From Candidatus Latescibacterota bacterium (GTDB taxonomy: Bacteria; Latescibacterota; UBA2968; UBA8231): 64,000 nt of DNA. Position numbers and translations under genes: made by a program. Within the stretch, counting starts at the first letter, position 1. The number at the start of each line of letters is the position of its first letter. Under the pieces are notes generated by a model, which saw only the letters and a list, made by a program, of their open reading frames with translations, was not told the DNA's origin and searched no databases. Positions 41,011-50,908 of this stretch are shown in pieces. Location: the NCBI GenBank assembly GCA_965223905.1, contig CBDCXV010000011.1:640001-704000 (forward strand), written 5' to 3'.

Positions 41011-41820
41011 ATGGAAACGAAGAAGATGATGATCAGCCTGACCCTGGCCGCCCTGCTCGGGCTGGGCGGGGCGCTGCCGGCCGCAGGCACCGACTATGCG
41101 GTTTCGGACTACCTGCCCCTGGCCGTGGGCAACTCCTGGACCTACGAACATTCTGTCGTTGGGAATCCACCTTACGATGACGATGAAAGGGACTTATGGG
41201 ACAGGACTCAATGGTCTACGTACACGGCACAATACCCTTCGATTCCCCAATTCACGATCACGGTGGAGCGCACCGAGGTGATCGACGGTAAGACCTATTT
41301 CGTGATCAGCGGCATGCCCGCCAACTGGCCGCCGGCGCCGCCGCATTTCATCGCCGGCAAGAAGCTGCGCTGGGAGGGCACCCACCTTATGGAACGCACC
41401 TCGGATGGAGAGCATGCGATCTTTCGCTTCGACGGCACTACCTCGACGATGGTCCCTTGGGAAGGAATGGATCTGTACGAGACGGAATACGCGATCCCGA
41501 CGGTAGAGGGGGACAATCAAGTCAAGGTGGTGGCGGGATGGGAACCGGTGCCATGGTATTCGTTCACGTTCTGGGGAAACGATGAAGGAGGGCGTGGGTG
41601 CGGCTTTCTTTGGGGGTATGGTTCCGGCGGATGCGGTTGGAGGATTAGCGGATCCGATGTTGCCATAGTATCCCAAAACCGTGTGGCTCCCCTTCGGGGG
41701 GTAATCGGCGGCAACCGGGTGGAATTTTCCGATGCGTTGATCCCCACCTCTTCGTCGTCCTCTTCCTGGGGCAGAATCAAGAATACGTTTTTCGCCCATG
41801 ACGGGAGGACCAGCCCATGA
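41011..41820 (+). CDS. Cassette gene A1: secreted protein (PLAVGNSWTY motif, SSWGRIK tail)
   Basis: Signal peptide, 269 aa, paralog of A2-A4; stop overlaps B1 start (ATGA). Confidence 0.85.
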   Translation: METKKMMISLTLAALLGLGGALPAAGTDYAVSDYLPLAVGNSWTYEHSVVGNPPYDDDERDLWDRTQWSTYTAQYPSIPQFTITVERTEVIDGKTYFVISGMPANWPPAPPHFIAGKKLRWEGTHLMERTSDGEHAIFRFDGTTSTMVPWEGMDLYETEYAIPTVEGDNQVKVVAGWEPVPWYSFTFWGNDEGGRGCGFLWGYGSGGCGWRISGSDVAIVSQNRVAPLRGVIGGNRVEFSDALIPTSSSSSSWGRIKNTFFAHDGRTSP

Positions 41821-42368
41821 GTCGCCCTTTCTTGTTCATCGCCCTCCTGCCGTTCCTCGGGGCGCACTCGGTCCTGGCCACTGGGTCCCCAGACACCTGG
41901 GATCGATCAATGACTCTGGACGTGGTCCTGGTCACATTTCAAGATGCGACCACGGCCAACCCCATGACCCCTATGTCCTGCGTGAGCAATAACACGCCTC
42001 AGGTATGTGATTATCATAACCATGACCTTCCCTACGGGTACAACGCGAATAGGGAGCCGTCGAGCTCAAGTTACCTGCTGCGGGACTTCGAGCGGCTTTT
42101 CAGTGGTGGCTACGGTACCCTGCCGGATTTTGTCGGGACCAGTCAGACGGTCGCCGATGACAACCATACGCTGCCGGAGGTGTTCGGCAGTGTGCGGGCC
42201 TACTTCGATTCCGTATCCAACGGGATGCTCGAACTGAACGTGCGCATGATCAATCCTGCTGATTCGCAGGGCAATCCCCGCTGGATCGAGCTGCCGCGCA
42301 CCAAAGCCGAATACGCCCGGATTACCATAAATAATCGAACAAGGCGGCCTGATGACGGGTACGCATGA
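41817..42368 (+). pseudogene. Cassette gene B1: N-terminal fragment of the M6-like protease
   Basis: LDVVLVTFQD, EVFGSVRAYFDSVSNG as in B2-B4; ends after RTRRPD at the junction motif. Confidence 0.8.
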
Positions 42369-42440
42369 ATCACACCAAGAGCGGACAGTTATCTCCTTTA
42401 AGGACAGTAATCAAAAATTAAAAGGACGGAGGAAAGCATC

Positions 42441-43250
42441 ATGGGAAAGAAGAAAATGATGGGCATTAGCCTGACCTTGGCCGCTCTGCTCGTAGCAAGC
42501 TGGGCGCTGCCGGCCGCAGCCACCGACTACGCGGCCTCGAACTACCTGCCGCTGGCCGTGGGCAACTCGTGGACCTACGGACATTCTGTCGTAGGGCTTA
42601 CGCCCTACGATGAGGATAAGAGCCATTGGCCTACGTACACGGCGCAGTTCCCTAAGAGACCCCAATTCACGATCACGGTGGAGCGCACGGAGGTGATTGA
42701 CAGCAAGACCTACTTCGTGATCAGCGACATGCCGGACCACTGGCCGCCGGCGCCGCCGCATTTCATCGTCGGCAAGAAGCTGCGCTGGGAAGGCACCCAC
42801 CTTATGGAACGCACCTCGGATGGAGAGCATGCGATCTTTCGCTTCGACGGCACTGCCTCGGACTACACTACCTCGACGATGGTCCCTTGGGAAGGAATGG
42901 ATCTGTACGAGACGGAATACGCGATCCCGACGGTAGAGGGGGACAATCAAGTCAAGGTGGTGGCGGGATGGGAACCGGTGCCATGGTATTCGTTCACGTT
43001 CTGGGGCAACGATGAAGGGGGGCGTGGATGCGGCTTTGTTTGGGGGTATGGTTCCAACGGATGCGGTTGGGGGATTAGCGGATCCGATGTTGCCGTGCTA
43101 TTCGAAAACGATGCGACTCCCCTTCGGGGGGTAATCGGCGGCAACCGGGTAGAATTTTCCGATGCGTTGATCCCCACCTCTTCGTCGTCCTCTTCCTGGG
43201 GCAGAATCAAGAATACGTTTTTCGCCCATGACGGGAGGACCAGCCCATGA
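42441..43250 (+). CDS. Cassette gene A2: secreted protein
   Basis: 269 aa; 3' half nearly identical to A1; ATGA overlap with B2. Confidence 0.85.
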   Translation: MGKKKMMGISLTLAALLVASWALPAAATDYAASNYLPLAVGNSWTYGHSVVGLTPYDEDKSHWPTYTAQFPKRPQFTITVERTEVIDSKTYFVISDMPDHWPPAPPHFIVGKKLRWEGTHLMERTSDGEHAIFRFDGTASDYTTSTMVPWEGMDLYETEYAIPTVEGDNQVKVVAGWEPVPWYSFTFWGNDEGGRGCGFVWGYGSNGCGWGISGSDVAVLFENDATPLRGVIGGNRVEFSDALIPTSSSSSSWGRIKNTFFAHDGRTSP

Positions 43251-44272
43251 GTCGCCATTTCTTATGGATCGCCCTCCTGCCGTTCCTCGGGGCGCACTCG
43301 GTCCTGGCCACTGGGTCCCCAGACACCTGGGATCGATCAATGACTCTGGACGTGGTCCTGGTCACTTTTCAAGATGCGACCACTGGAACCGGGGTATATC
43401 ACTTGCACGACCGGCCCTACGGCACCAATCCCGGGGAGTCGGCCGATTCCATATACACGTTGCGCGACTTCGAGCGGCTCTTCAGTGGCGGGTACGGCGT
43501 CCTGCCGGATTTTGTCGGGACCAATCAGACGGTGGGTGACGGCCATGTGCTGCCGGAGGTTTTCGGCAGTGTGCGGGCCTACTTCGATTCCGTATCCAAC
43601 GGAATGTTCCAGTTGAACGTGCGCATGATCAATCCTGCTGACTCGGAGGGTTATCCCCGCTGGATCGAGCTGCCGCGCCCCAAGGCCGAATACGCCACGA
43701 TTATGATAAATGATCGAACCCGTCGGCCTGATGGAGGATTACGGGGGGATCTTTTCTGGGACGATGCCTACGAGACGGCGATGGACTCGGTGCGCTGCTG
43801 GAACCCTTCTTCGAACGTCCCGGGGGCAAACTGCGGGGTTTCGGCGATTTCCACGTACGCAATTACCGGAATCGGCCCTGGCGCCACCGTGGCTCAGCGA
43901 GTGGGGCACAAGGTGGCCTACCTGTATTCGGGAGCCACCTTCAAGGGGAGATCTCCTGCCGGTCTGCTGCATCCGAATGCCGATCTCCATACAGAGACCC
44001 ATCCGAGTAGTTCAGATGAAGTCGGTTACCGCTACGTGATGGGGGAGCGGGAGGGCAGCCATAACGATGACAACCGAACCATTGACGAGTTCGCTCCGAT
44101 TTACACCCATGCCCACGAAATCGGCCACCTGTTGGGGCTTTATCACGGTGGGGGCGGGGTAAGTGTTCCCAATCCGTACATGCCTGGCTCAACCTCTACC
44201 GCCCGGGGGGGGCAATATGCTCCACTGGGTGTTGATGCAAGGCAACGGAGCGGGGCCGGAAGTGATAAATAA

Positions 44273-45735
44273 GGCTATATCCGGATTCTTCAAAGGGCAT
44301 TTTATAGCGTTTACAGAGGGAGATTTCGAGGGTTTCACACTGTACGGAATCGGGCCGGAATCTGCGCCGGGATATCGAGGTCTCCGACACACAGATAAAT
44401 CAGGTCGGCAAAGGCATCCAGAGATTTAAATCCACTGGCGCGGTTCTTGAGCATGCGCACGACGCGGTTGAGGCCTTCGGCGGCGGCGTTGGTCAGGTGC
44501 GTACCGATGAAGGCGGTGATGCCGGCCGCCTGCTTTCGCACGGTGCCGACGAACCTGCGCAAGGGTTCCAGGCGGCTGCGCAGGGCCGCCGTCGTCCACT
44601 TCTTGAGGAAGCGTTCGGCGGCCCAGCGCGCCTTGTAGCGCCAGAAGTGCTCGAACTCGTCCTTCAGGCGCCAGGCGCGGTAGATGCGGCGGTTGGCCTT
44701 CTCCAGGGTTTGGAGCGTGCGCCGGTCCTTTCGCGAGCGCTGGGCGGAGTGATGCAGCAGCACCCAGCGCAGGCCCTTGAGCAGCTTGCGGTCCTCGCCG
44801 CAGGCTTGGCGCCACTGCTCCTTGCGCACCTCGTCGACGGCTTCGTTGAGGGCCTTGACGACGTGGAACCGGTCCAGGACCAACTCGGCGTTGGGACAGT
44901 GCCGGCCGATGGCGCCGATGAAGGTCTCGCTCAGGTCGCAGCAGGCCCAGCGGATGCGGTCCTTCTGGGAGGCGCTGAGATGGTCGCGGAAGAACGCGTC
45001 GATGGTTTCCCGTGCCTTGCCCTGGCCGACCCACACCACGCGGGAGCGTTCCAGGTCGTAGACCAGGGTGGCATATTTATGGCCCTTGGCGTAGGAGATC
45101 TCGTCGATGCCCACCGTCTTCAGCCCGCGGATGCGATGCCCCGTACGCCGGCGCTCGATGAGCCGGTGCAGCTGATCCGACAGCGTCGACGGGGCCAGAC
45201 CCAGCAGGCGTGCGGCGGCGGCCTGCGTCATCCACTGGCAGTAGGTCAGCAGCAGGTATTCGAAGCGGTAGCTGACCCGGGCCGAGCGCGCCGCCCAGGG
45301 GGCCTCCTCGAGGCGACGGCCGTGGGTAGGGCAGCGGATCTCCCGGGGGGCGTGGTGCAGCCACACGGTACGGCCGCCGACGCGGACATCGCGCCAGCGG
45401 CGGGGCTCCAGGACCTGAACGATGCGGCCCCGGAGCCCGCACTCGGGACAGCGGCAGCCGTTCTTTTGGGGCTTGACCTTGACGACGACAGCCGCTTCTT
45501 CCCCGCGTCCTTCGAACCACACGCTCACCGCGCGAAACCCCTTGAAGTTGAGCAGCTTGGAGACGAACTTCATAGCGGTCATAGGTCGCCTTCTCTCTTT
45601 CCCTTTGGGGAGTGCTTGATGGGGATACACCAAGCATAGGGAACGACCTATGGCCTTGTCATGTACTCAGAGGAACAGCAAAGGCTCAGGTACTGCCGTA
45701 CTTACGTTTCGGCGTTGAAAAACCCGGATAGAACC
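44273..45735 (-). mobile_element. ISL3-family insertion sequence
   Basis: Imperfect IRs GGCTATATCCGGATTCTTCAA / GGTTCTATCCGGGTTTTTCAA (rc); 8-bp TSD ATAAATAA at 44265-44272 and 45736-45743. Confidence 0.95.
44335..45582 (-). CDS. ISL3 family transposase
   Basis: CPECG zinc finger, VGIDEIS, LDRFHVVK, TNAAAEGLN..GF; start 45582 or upstream. Confidence 0.95.
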   Translation of the reverse strand: MTAMKFVSKLLNFKGFRAVSVWFEGRGEEAAVVVKVKPQKNGCRCPECGLRGRIVQVLEPRRWRDVRVGGRTVWLHHAPREIRCPTHGRRLEEAPWAARSARVSYRFEYLLLTYCQWMTQAAAARLLGLAPSTLSDQLHRLIERRRTGHRIRGLKTVGIDEISYAKGHKYATLVYDLERSRVVWVGQGKARETIDAFFRDHLSASQKDRIRWACCDLSETFIGAIGRHCPNAELVLDRFHVVKALNEAVDEVRKEQWRQACGEDRKLLKGLRWVLLHHSAQRSRKDRRTLQTLEKANRRIYRAWRLKDEFEHFWRYKARWAAERFLKKWTTAALRSRLEPLRRFVGTVRKQAAGITAFIGTHLTNAAAEGLNRVVRMLKNRASGFKSLDAFADLIYLCVGDLDIPAQIPARFRTV

Positions 45736-47088
45736 ATAAATAACGGCTACCATACGCCCTACCGCTCCTGCCCCCCTCCAATCAATCCCTTCTACCAGTG
45801 GGACCTTGGGTGGATCACCCCGACCCCTATCACCGGATCCCAAGACAATTATGAAATAGAGCCCGGCACGGTGCAGCTTATCACCCGGGGCGATATCGAG
45901 TACCCTGCTGGAGCGTCGTTCGCACGATGGTCAAGGCCCCCCTCACGACAGCGGAAGAGGAATCTCATTCGGCCGCTACATCCTTTACCATGAGTACGCC
46001 GAAGATCCGGGTCTTTTTATCTGGAGGCGCAGTACTACATATCCTGCAACTTGGACCACACACCGCATCAATAACGCCCAGGAACGTCGGCAACCGCTGC
46101 TGATCGTAGCCGACGACCGTCGTATTGGCAACGCGCGCGATCAAGAACAAAACCCGAGTATACCCGAATACCAGGACATGCTGTTCGATCCTTTTCCGGT
46201 GGTGGGAACCACCACTTTTACGATTGGGAGCACCACTTTAACCCAGGGGCCGGTCAATGAGGTTTTTTCCGACAGGGCCGCCATCGGTCTGCGCCAGACC
46301 ACTTCTAGTGGGAACTTTGATGGCGAGCAGGTGGACCCCGGCGAGGTGGGGTTTGCGGTCACCGACATTACCCGCACCGAGGTCACGGGCAGGGCGGACC
46401 GGATCAGAGTGGACGTCATTCTTCTTCCCTCGGCTCCGTCGAACCTGACGGTGGCAGCCGGCGGCGGCGCGGCCATCCTGAGCTGGGACGATCCGGACGA
46501 CTTCAGCCTCGATAGATGGGAGTATCAACAACAGGGCGAGAGCGACTGGGTGGAGGTTCCCGTCGACGACGACCAATTGACCCGTGACGAGGCGACGGGG
46601 ACCCTCTCGTATCCGGTGATGGGTCTGACCCACGGGGAGATGTACAGCTTCGAGGTGCGGGCGCACAACGCCGCGGGGTGGGGGCCGGCCGCGGGGCCGG
46701 TCGAGGTGACGCTCAACACGGCGCCGGTGGTTTCAGGACCTGGAACCCCCTCGTTCGATGAGAACGGCGAGCAACCGGTGGCCACGTACACGGCCACCGA
46801 CGCACAGGAGGACGGGATCACCTGGTCGCTGACGGGGGCAGATTCCGCGGCGTTCGATCTCCCCACCGAGGCTACGGGCAATTCGTTTGACCTTTCGTTC
46901 CGGTCAGCGCCCGACTACGAGAATCCGACCGATGCCAACCTGGACACGGTCTACGAGGTCATGGTGGTGGCCACCGACGACGGTGTGCCGCCGCTGCCTG
47001 GGAGCTAACAGGAACAGATGCGCATGAATCACCCGGATCGGAGACCCTAAACTTTAACTCTTCAATTTGAACGATGGAGGAAAGCATC

Positions 47089-47838
47089 ATGGAAAAGAAA
47101 AAAATGATGGGCATCAGCCTGACTCTGGCCGTCCTGCTCGGTCTGGGCGGGGCGCAGCCGGCCGCGGCCACGGACTACCAAGCTTCGGACTACCTGCCCT
47201 TGGCGGTGGGCAACTCGTGGACCTACGAGCACGATTACTACGATCCAGGCATAGACGAAAGCCAATGGTCTGCATACACGGCTCAGTATCCCTCGGACCC
47301 TCAGTTCACGATCACGGTGGAGCGCACCGAGGTGATCGACGGCAAGACCTACTACGTGCTCAGCGACATGCCGGACCACTGGCCGCCGGCGCCGCCGCAT
47401 TTCATCGCCGGCAGGAAGCTGCGCTGGGAGGGCACCCACCTGATGGAGCGCACCTCGAACGGCGAGCAGGCGATCTTCCGCTTTGACGGGACGGACTACC
47501 AAGTCTCTACGGATGAGGGGGATTTCCAGGTCACGGTGAGAACGTCGTATTCAAATCCAGTACCAAAGTATGGTTTCGACTTTAATGGTGGAGTAGGGGG
47601 TGGAGTCCGATTCCTTGCGGGCTATGGTATCGAGAGAGCTGTTCAAATTCGCTTCAGTATCGATGTCACAACGTTCATTAACGAGGTAAGACCAGTCCGG
47701 GCGGTGATCGGGGGACGTCAGGTGGAACATGCCGACGCGGAGAAGACCCCGATCGACACCTCTTCCTCATCGTCTTCCTGGGGTGGGGTGAAGCAGACGT
47801 ATTTCGCCCATGCTCCTGAAGGGAGGACCAGCCGATGA
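47089..47838 (+). CDS. Cassette gene A3: secreted protein
   Basis: Same constant blocks as A1/A2, different variable segments, SSWGGVK tail; ATG 47089 after GGAGG. Confidence 0.85.
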   Translation: MEKKKMMGISLTLAVLLGLGGAQPAAATDYQASDYLPLAVGNSWTYEHDYYDPGIDESQWSAYTAQYPSDPQFTITVERTEVIDGKTYYVLSDMPDHWPPAPPHFIAGRKLRWEGTHLMERTSNGEQAIFRFDGTDYQVSTDEGDFQVTVRTSYSNPVPKYGFDFNGGVGGGVRFLAGYGIERAVQIRFSIDVTTFINEVRPVRAVIGGRQVEHADAEKTPIDTSSSSSSWGGVKQTYFAHAPEGRTSR

Positions 47839-50063
47839 GTCGCCCTTTCTTGTGCATCGCCCTCCTGCCGGTGCTCTGGGCGTATTCGGCTGAGGCCGCC
47901 GGGTCAGCTTTTACCGGGAGGGCGTCTACTACCGCAGAGACGTTCCCCTGTACGCTGGACGTGGTGCTGGTCACTTTTCAAGATGCGACCACCGGAAGCG
48001 GGAATTATCACTTGTATGACCGGCCTTACGGCACCAACCCCGGGGAACCGGCCGGTTCCAGCTACACGCGGAGCGACTTCGAACGGTTGTTCGTCGGGGA
48101 CACGGTCACCGTGGCAGGCGGCCATGTGCTGCCGGAGGTGTTCGGCAGTGTGCGCGCCTATTACGACTCCGTATCCAACGGGGACTTCGAGCTGAACGTG
48201 TGCATGATCAACCCGGCCGGTGAGGACGGCTATCCCCGCTGGATCGAGCTGCCGCACACCAAGGCCCACTATGCCGAGATAACCAGCATTCCTCTTAGCA
48301 GAACGCACCAAGAATTCTTCGACGAGCTCTACGACACGGGGATGGACTCGGTGCGCTGCTGGAACCCTACGCCATTTCCAACCGATCCTGACCCGCCGAC
48401 CTGCGGGAGGAATTCAGCGGTAACCGGGTACGCCATAACCGACATCGGCCCTGACAACTCCGTGGATCAGCGGCTGCGCCACAAGGTGGTCTACCTGTAT
48501 TCCGGTGCCACCTTTAAAGGCAGAGATCCCGCCGGCCTGCTGCATCCGCAAGCGGACTTGCATACCCGGACCAATCCGAGCCGATCATCTCACGTCGGCT
48601 ACCGCTACGTGATGGGGGAGCGGGAGGGCAGCCACCGGAATGAAAACCGCAGCATTGACGAGTTCGCCCCGATTTACACCCACGTTCACGAAATCGGTCA
48701 TTTGCTGGGCCTCCCTCACGGCGGGGGTAAGGTGAGTGGCTCCAACCCCAATCCTTACGTGCCTGGCACGAACTATGCAACTCCCAAGGGGGCCAATCTG
48801 CTGGAATGGACCTTGATGCAAGGCAACGGGTCCGGGCCGGAAGTGGAAGAAAACGGCTACCATACGCCCTATCGCTCCTGTCCCAATCCGATTAATCCCT
48901 TTTATCTGATGGACTTGGAATGGATTGACCCGCCCACCCCTATCACCGAATCCCAGGACAATTTCGAAATAGGGCCCGGGACGGTACACCTGATCGACCG
49001 GGGACGTCACCAGTATCTGCTGGAACGGCGTTCCCACGACGGAAGCGATGGAATCTCATTCGGCCGCTACATCCTTTTTCACGAGTTCCAAGAGGATCCG
49101 GGTCTTTTTATCTGGCGACGAAGAACCTTTGCAACCCAACCGCTGCTGATCGTGGCCGACGGCCGGCGCATCCGGAACGCGCGCGATCAAGAACAAAACC
49201 CGAATATCCCCGAATACCAGGACATGCTTCTTCGATCCATTTCCGGTTGAAGCTACCCCTGTGACGGGAGGGAGCGTCAATTTTACCCAGTCGGCGGTCG
49301 ATGCGGTTTATGACAACATGGCCGACGTCGGTCTGCGCCAGACGACGGAGAATGAAGATCCCCCGGGGGATGCTGGTCGCCAAACAGATCCCATGGAGGT
49401 GGGTGTGGGTTTTGCGCTCACCAACATCACCCGCACCGATGTCACGGGCAGGGCGGATCGGATCAGGGTGGACGTCACTTTTCTTCCCAGGGCTCCGGCC
49501 AACCTCACCATAGAAGCCGGCGACGGCTCGGCCATCCTGCGCTGGGACGATCCGGACGACTTCACCCTCGATAGATGGGAGTATCGGCAGGGCGGGGGCG
49601 GCTGGGTGGAAGTTCCCGTCGACGACGACCAATTGATCCGCGTCGAGGCGACGGGAACCTTCAGGTATCCGGTGGACGGTCTGACCAACGGGGAGATGTA
49701 CAGCTTCGAGGTGCGGGCGCACAACGCCGCGGGGTGGGGCCGGTGGCGGGGCCTGTCGAGGTGACGCTCAACACGGCGCCGGTGGTTTCAGGTCCTGAGA
49801 CCCCCTCGTTCGATGAGAACAGCGAGCAGCCGGTGGCCACGTACACGGCCACCGACGCGGACGGAGACGCGATCACCTGGTCCCTGACGGGGGCGGATTC
49901 GGCGGCGTTCGATCTCCCCACCGACGCTACAGGCAATTCGTTTGACCTTTCGTTCGGGACGGCGCCGAACTACGAGCAACCGGCCGATGCCAACCTGGAC
50001 ACGGTCTACGAGGTCACGGTGCAGGCCACCGACGACGGTATGCCGCCGCTGCCTGCGAGCTAA
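47835..50063 (+). pseudogene. Cassette gene B3: M6-like metalloprotease-FN3-cadherin with two single-base indels
   Basis: HEIGHLLGLPH, WTLMQG; +1 T at ~49228 and -1 G at ~49737 relative to paralogs (may be sequencing errors). Confidence 0.8.
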
Positions 50064-50143
50064 CAGGACCAAGTGCAGCATGAATCACATCGGGCACCTG
50101 CGGTTTACGAATATTTCGTTAACGCGAACGAAGGAGGAGCAAC

Positions 50144-50908
50144 ATGGAAGCGAAGAATAAAATGAACATCAGCCTGACCCTGGCCGTCCTGCTCGGACTC
50201 GGCTGGGCGCTGCCGGCCGCGGCCACCGACTATGCGGTTTCGGACTACCAGCCGCTGGCCGTGGGCAACTCGTGGACCTACGAGCATTCTCACTCTGGCC
50301 TGGATAGAAGCCAATGGTCCGCTTACACCGCACAGTTCCCTAGGACACCCCAGTTCACGATCACGGTGGAGCGCACCGAGGTGATCGACGGCAAGACCTA
50401 CTACGTGATCAGCGACATGCCGGACAACTGGCCGCCGGCTCCGCTGCTTTTCATCGCCGGCAGGAAGCTGCGCTGGGAGGGCACCCACCTGATGGAGCGC
50501 ACCGGGGACGGCGAGCAGGCGCTCTTCCGCTTTCCCGCCGAGACGGACTACGAGGTCTCAACGGACGAAGGGCTTATTGAGGTCTCGGGGCTCATGTGGA
50601 GCAGTCATCCTGTGCCGTTATATACGTTCGAATATCCTGTTCCCAGCCTGGTGGGGGGAATAGGGGGAAGCGGGTTCCTTGCGGGGTATGGCATGGATGG
50701 ATGCGGTGATGAAATCTTCTCAATCGATGTCCCCCTATTTGGAAACGGTGTATTTGCGATCCGGGCGGTGATCGGGGGGCGTCAGGTGGAATATGCCGAC
50801 GCTTGGAGGGGGAGGACCCCGATCGACACCTCTTCCTCATCGTCTTCCTGGGGTGGGGTGAAGCAGACGTTGTTCTCCCATGCTCCTGAAGGGAGGAACA
50901 GCCGATGA
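50144..50908 (+). CDS. Cassette gene A4: secreted protein
   Basis: 254 aa, AGGAGG RBS, tail nearly identical to A3, ATGA overlap with B4. Confidence 0.85.
   Translation: MEAKNKMNISLTLAVLLGLGWALPAAATDYAVSDYQPLAVGNSWTYEHSHSGLDRSQWSAYTAQFPRTPQFTITVERTEVIDGKTYYVISDMPDNWPPAPLLFIAGRKLRWEGTHLMERTGDGEQALFRFPAETDYEVSTDEGLIEVSGLMWSSHPVPLYTFEYPVPSLVGGIGGSGFLAGYGMDGCGDEIFSIDVPLFGNGVFAIRAVIGGRQVEYADAWRGRTPIDTSSSSSSWGGVKQTLFSHAPEGRNSR

Larger units (their letters stand above)
43247..47008 (+). pseudogene. Cassette gene B2: M6-like metalloprotease-FN3-cadherin, interrupted by ISL3
   Basis: HEIGHLLGLYH; +1 G in G8 run 44205-44212; ISL3 at 44273-45735; +1 C at ~45904; removing these restores GPEVINNGYHTPYRSC and YLLERR. 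Confidence 0.88.

Noticed and set aside
40936-50088. Integron attC-type cassette array
   Set aside because: Junctions lack clear RYYYAAC...GTTRRRY palindromes, there is no integrase, and the cassettes are paralogous duplicates
41011-50908. Complete diversity-generating retroelement
   Set aside because: No reverse transcriptase or template repeat in the window; A3 versus A4 differences include indels and all base types
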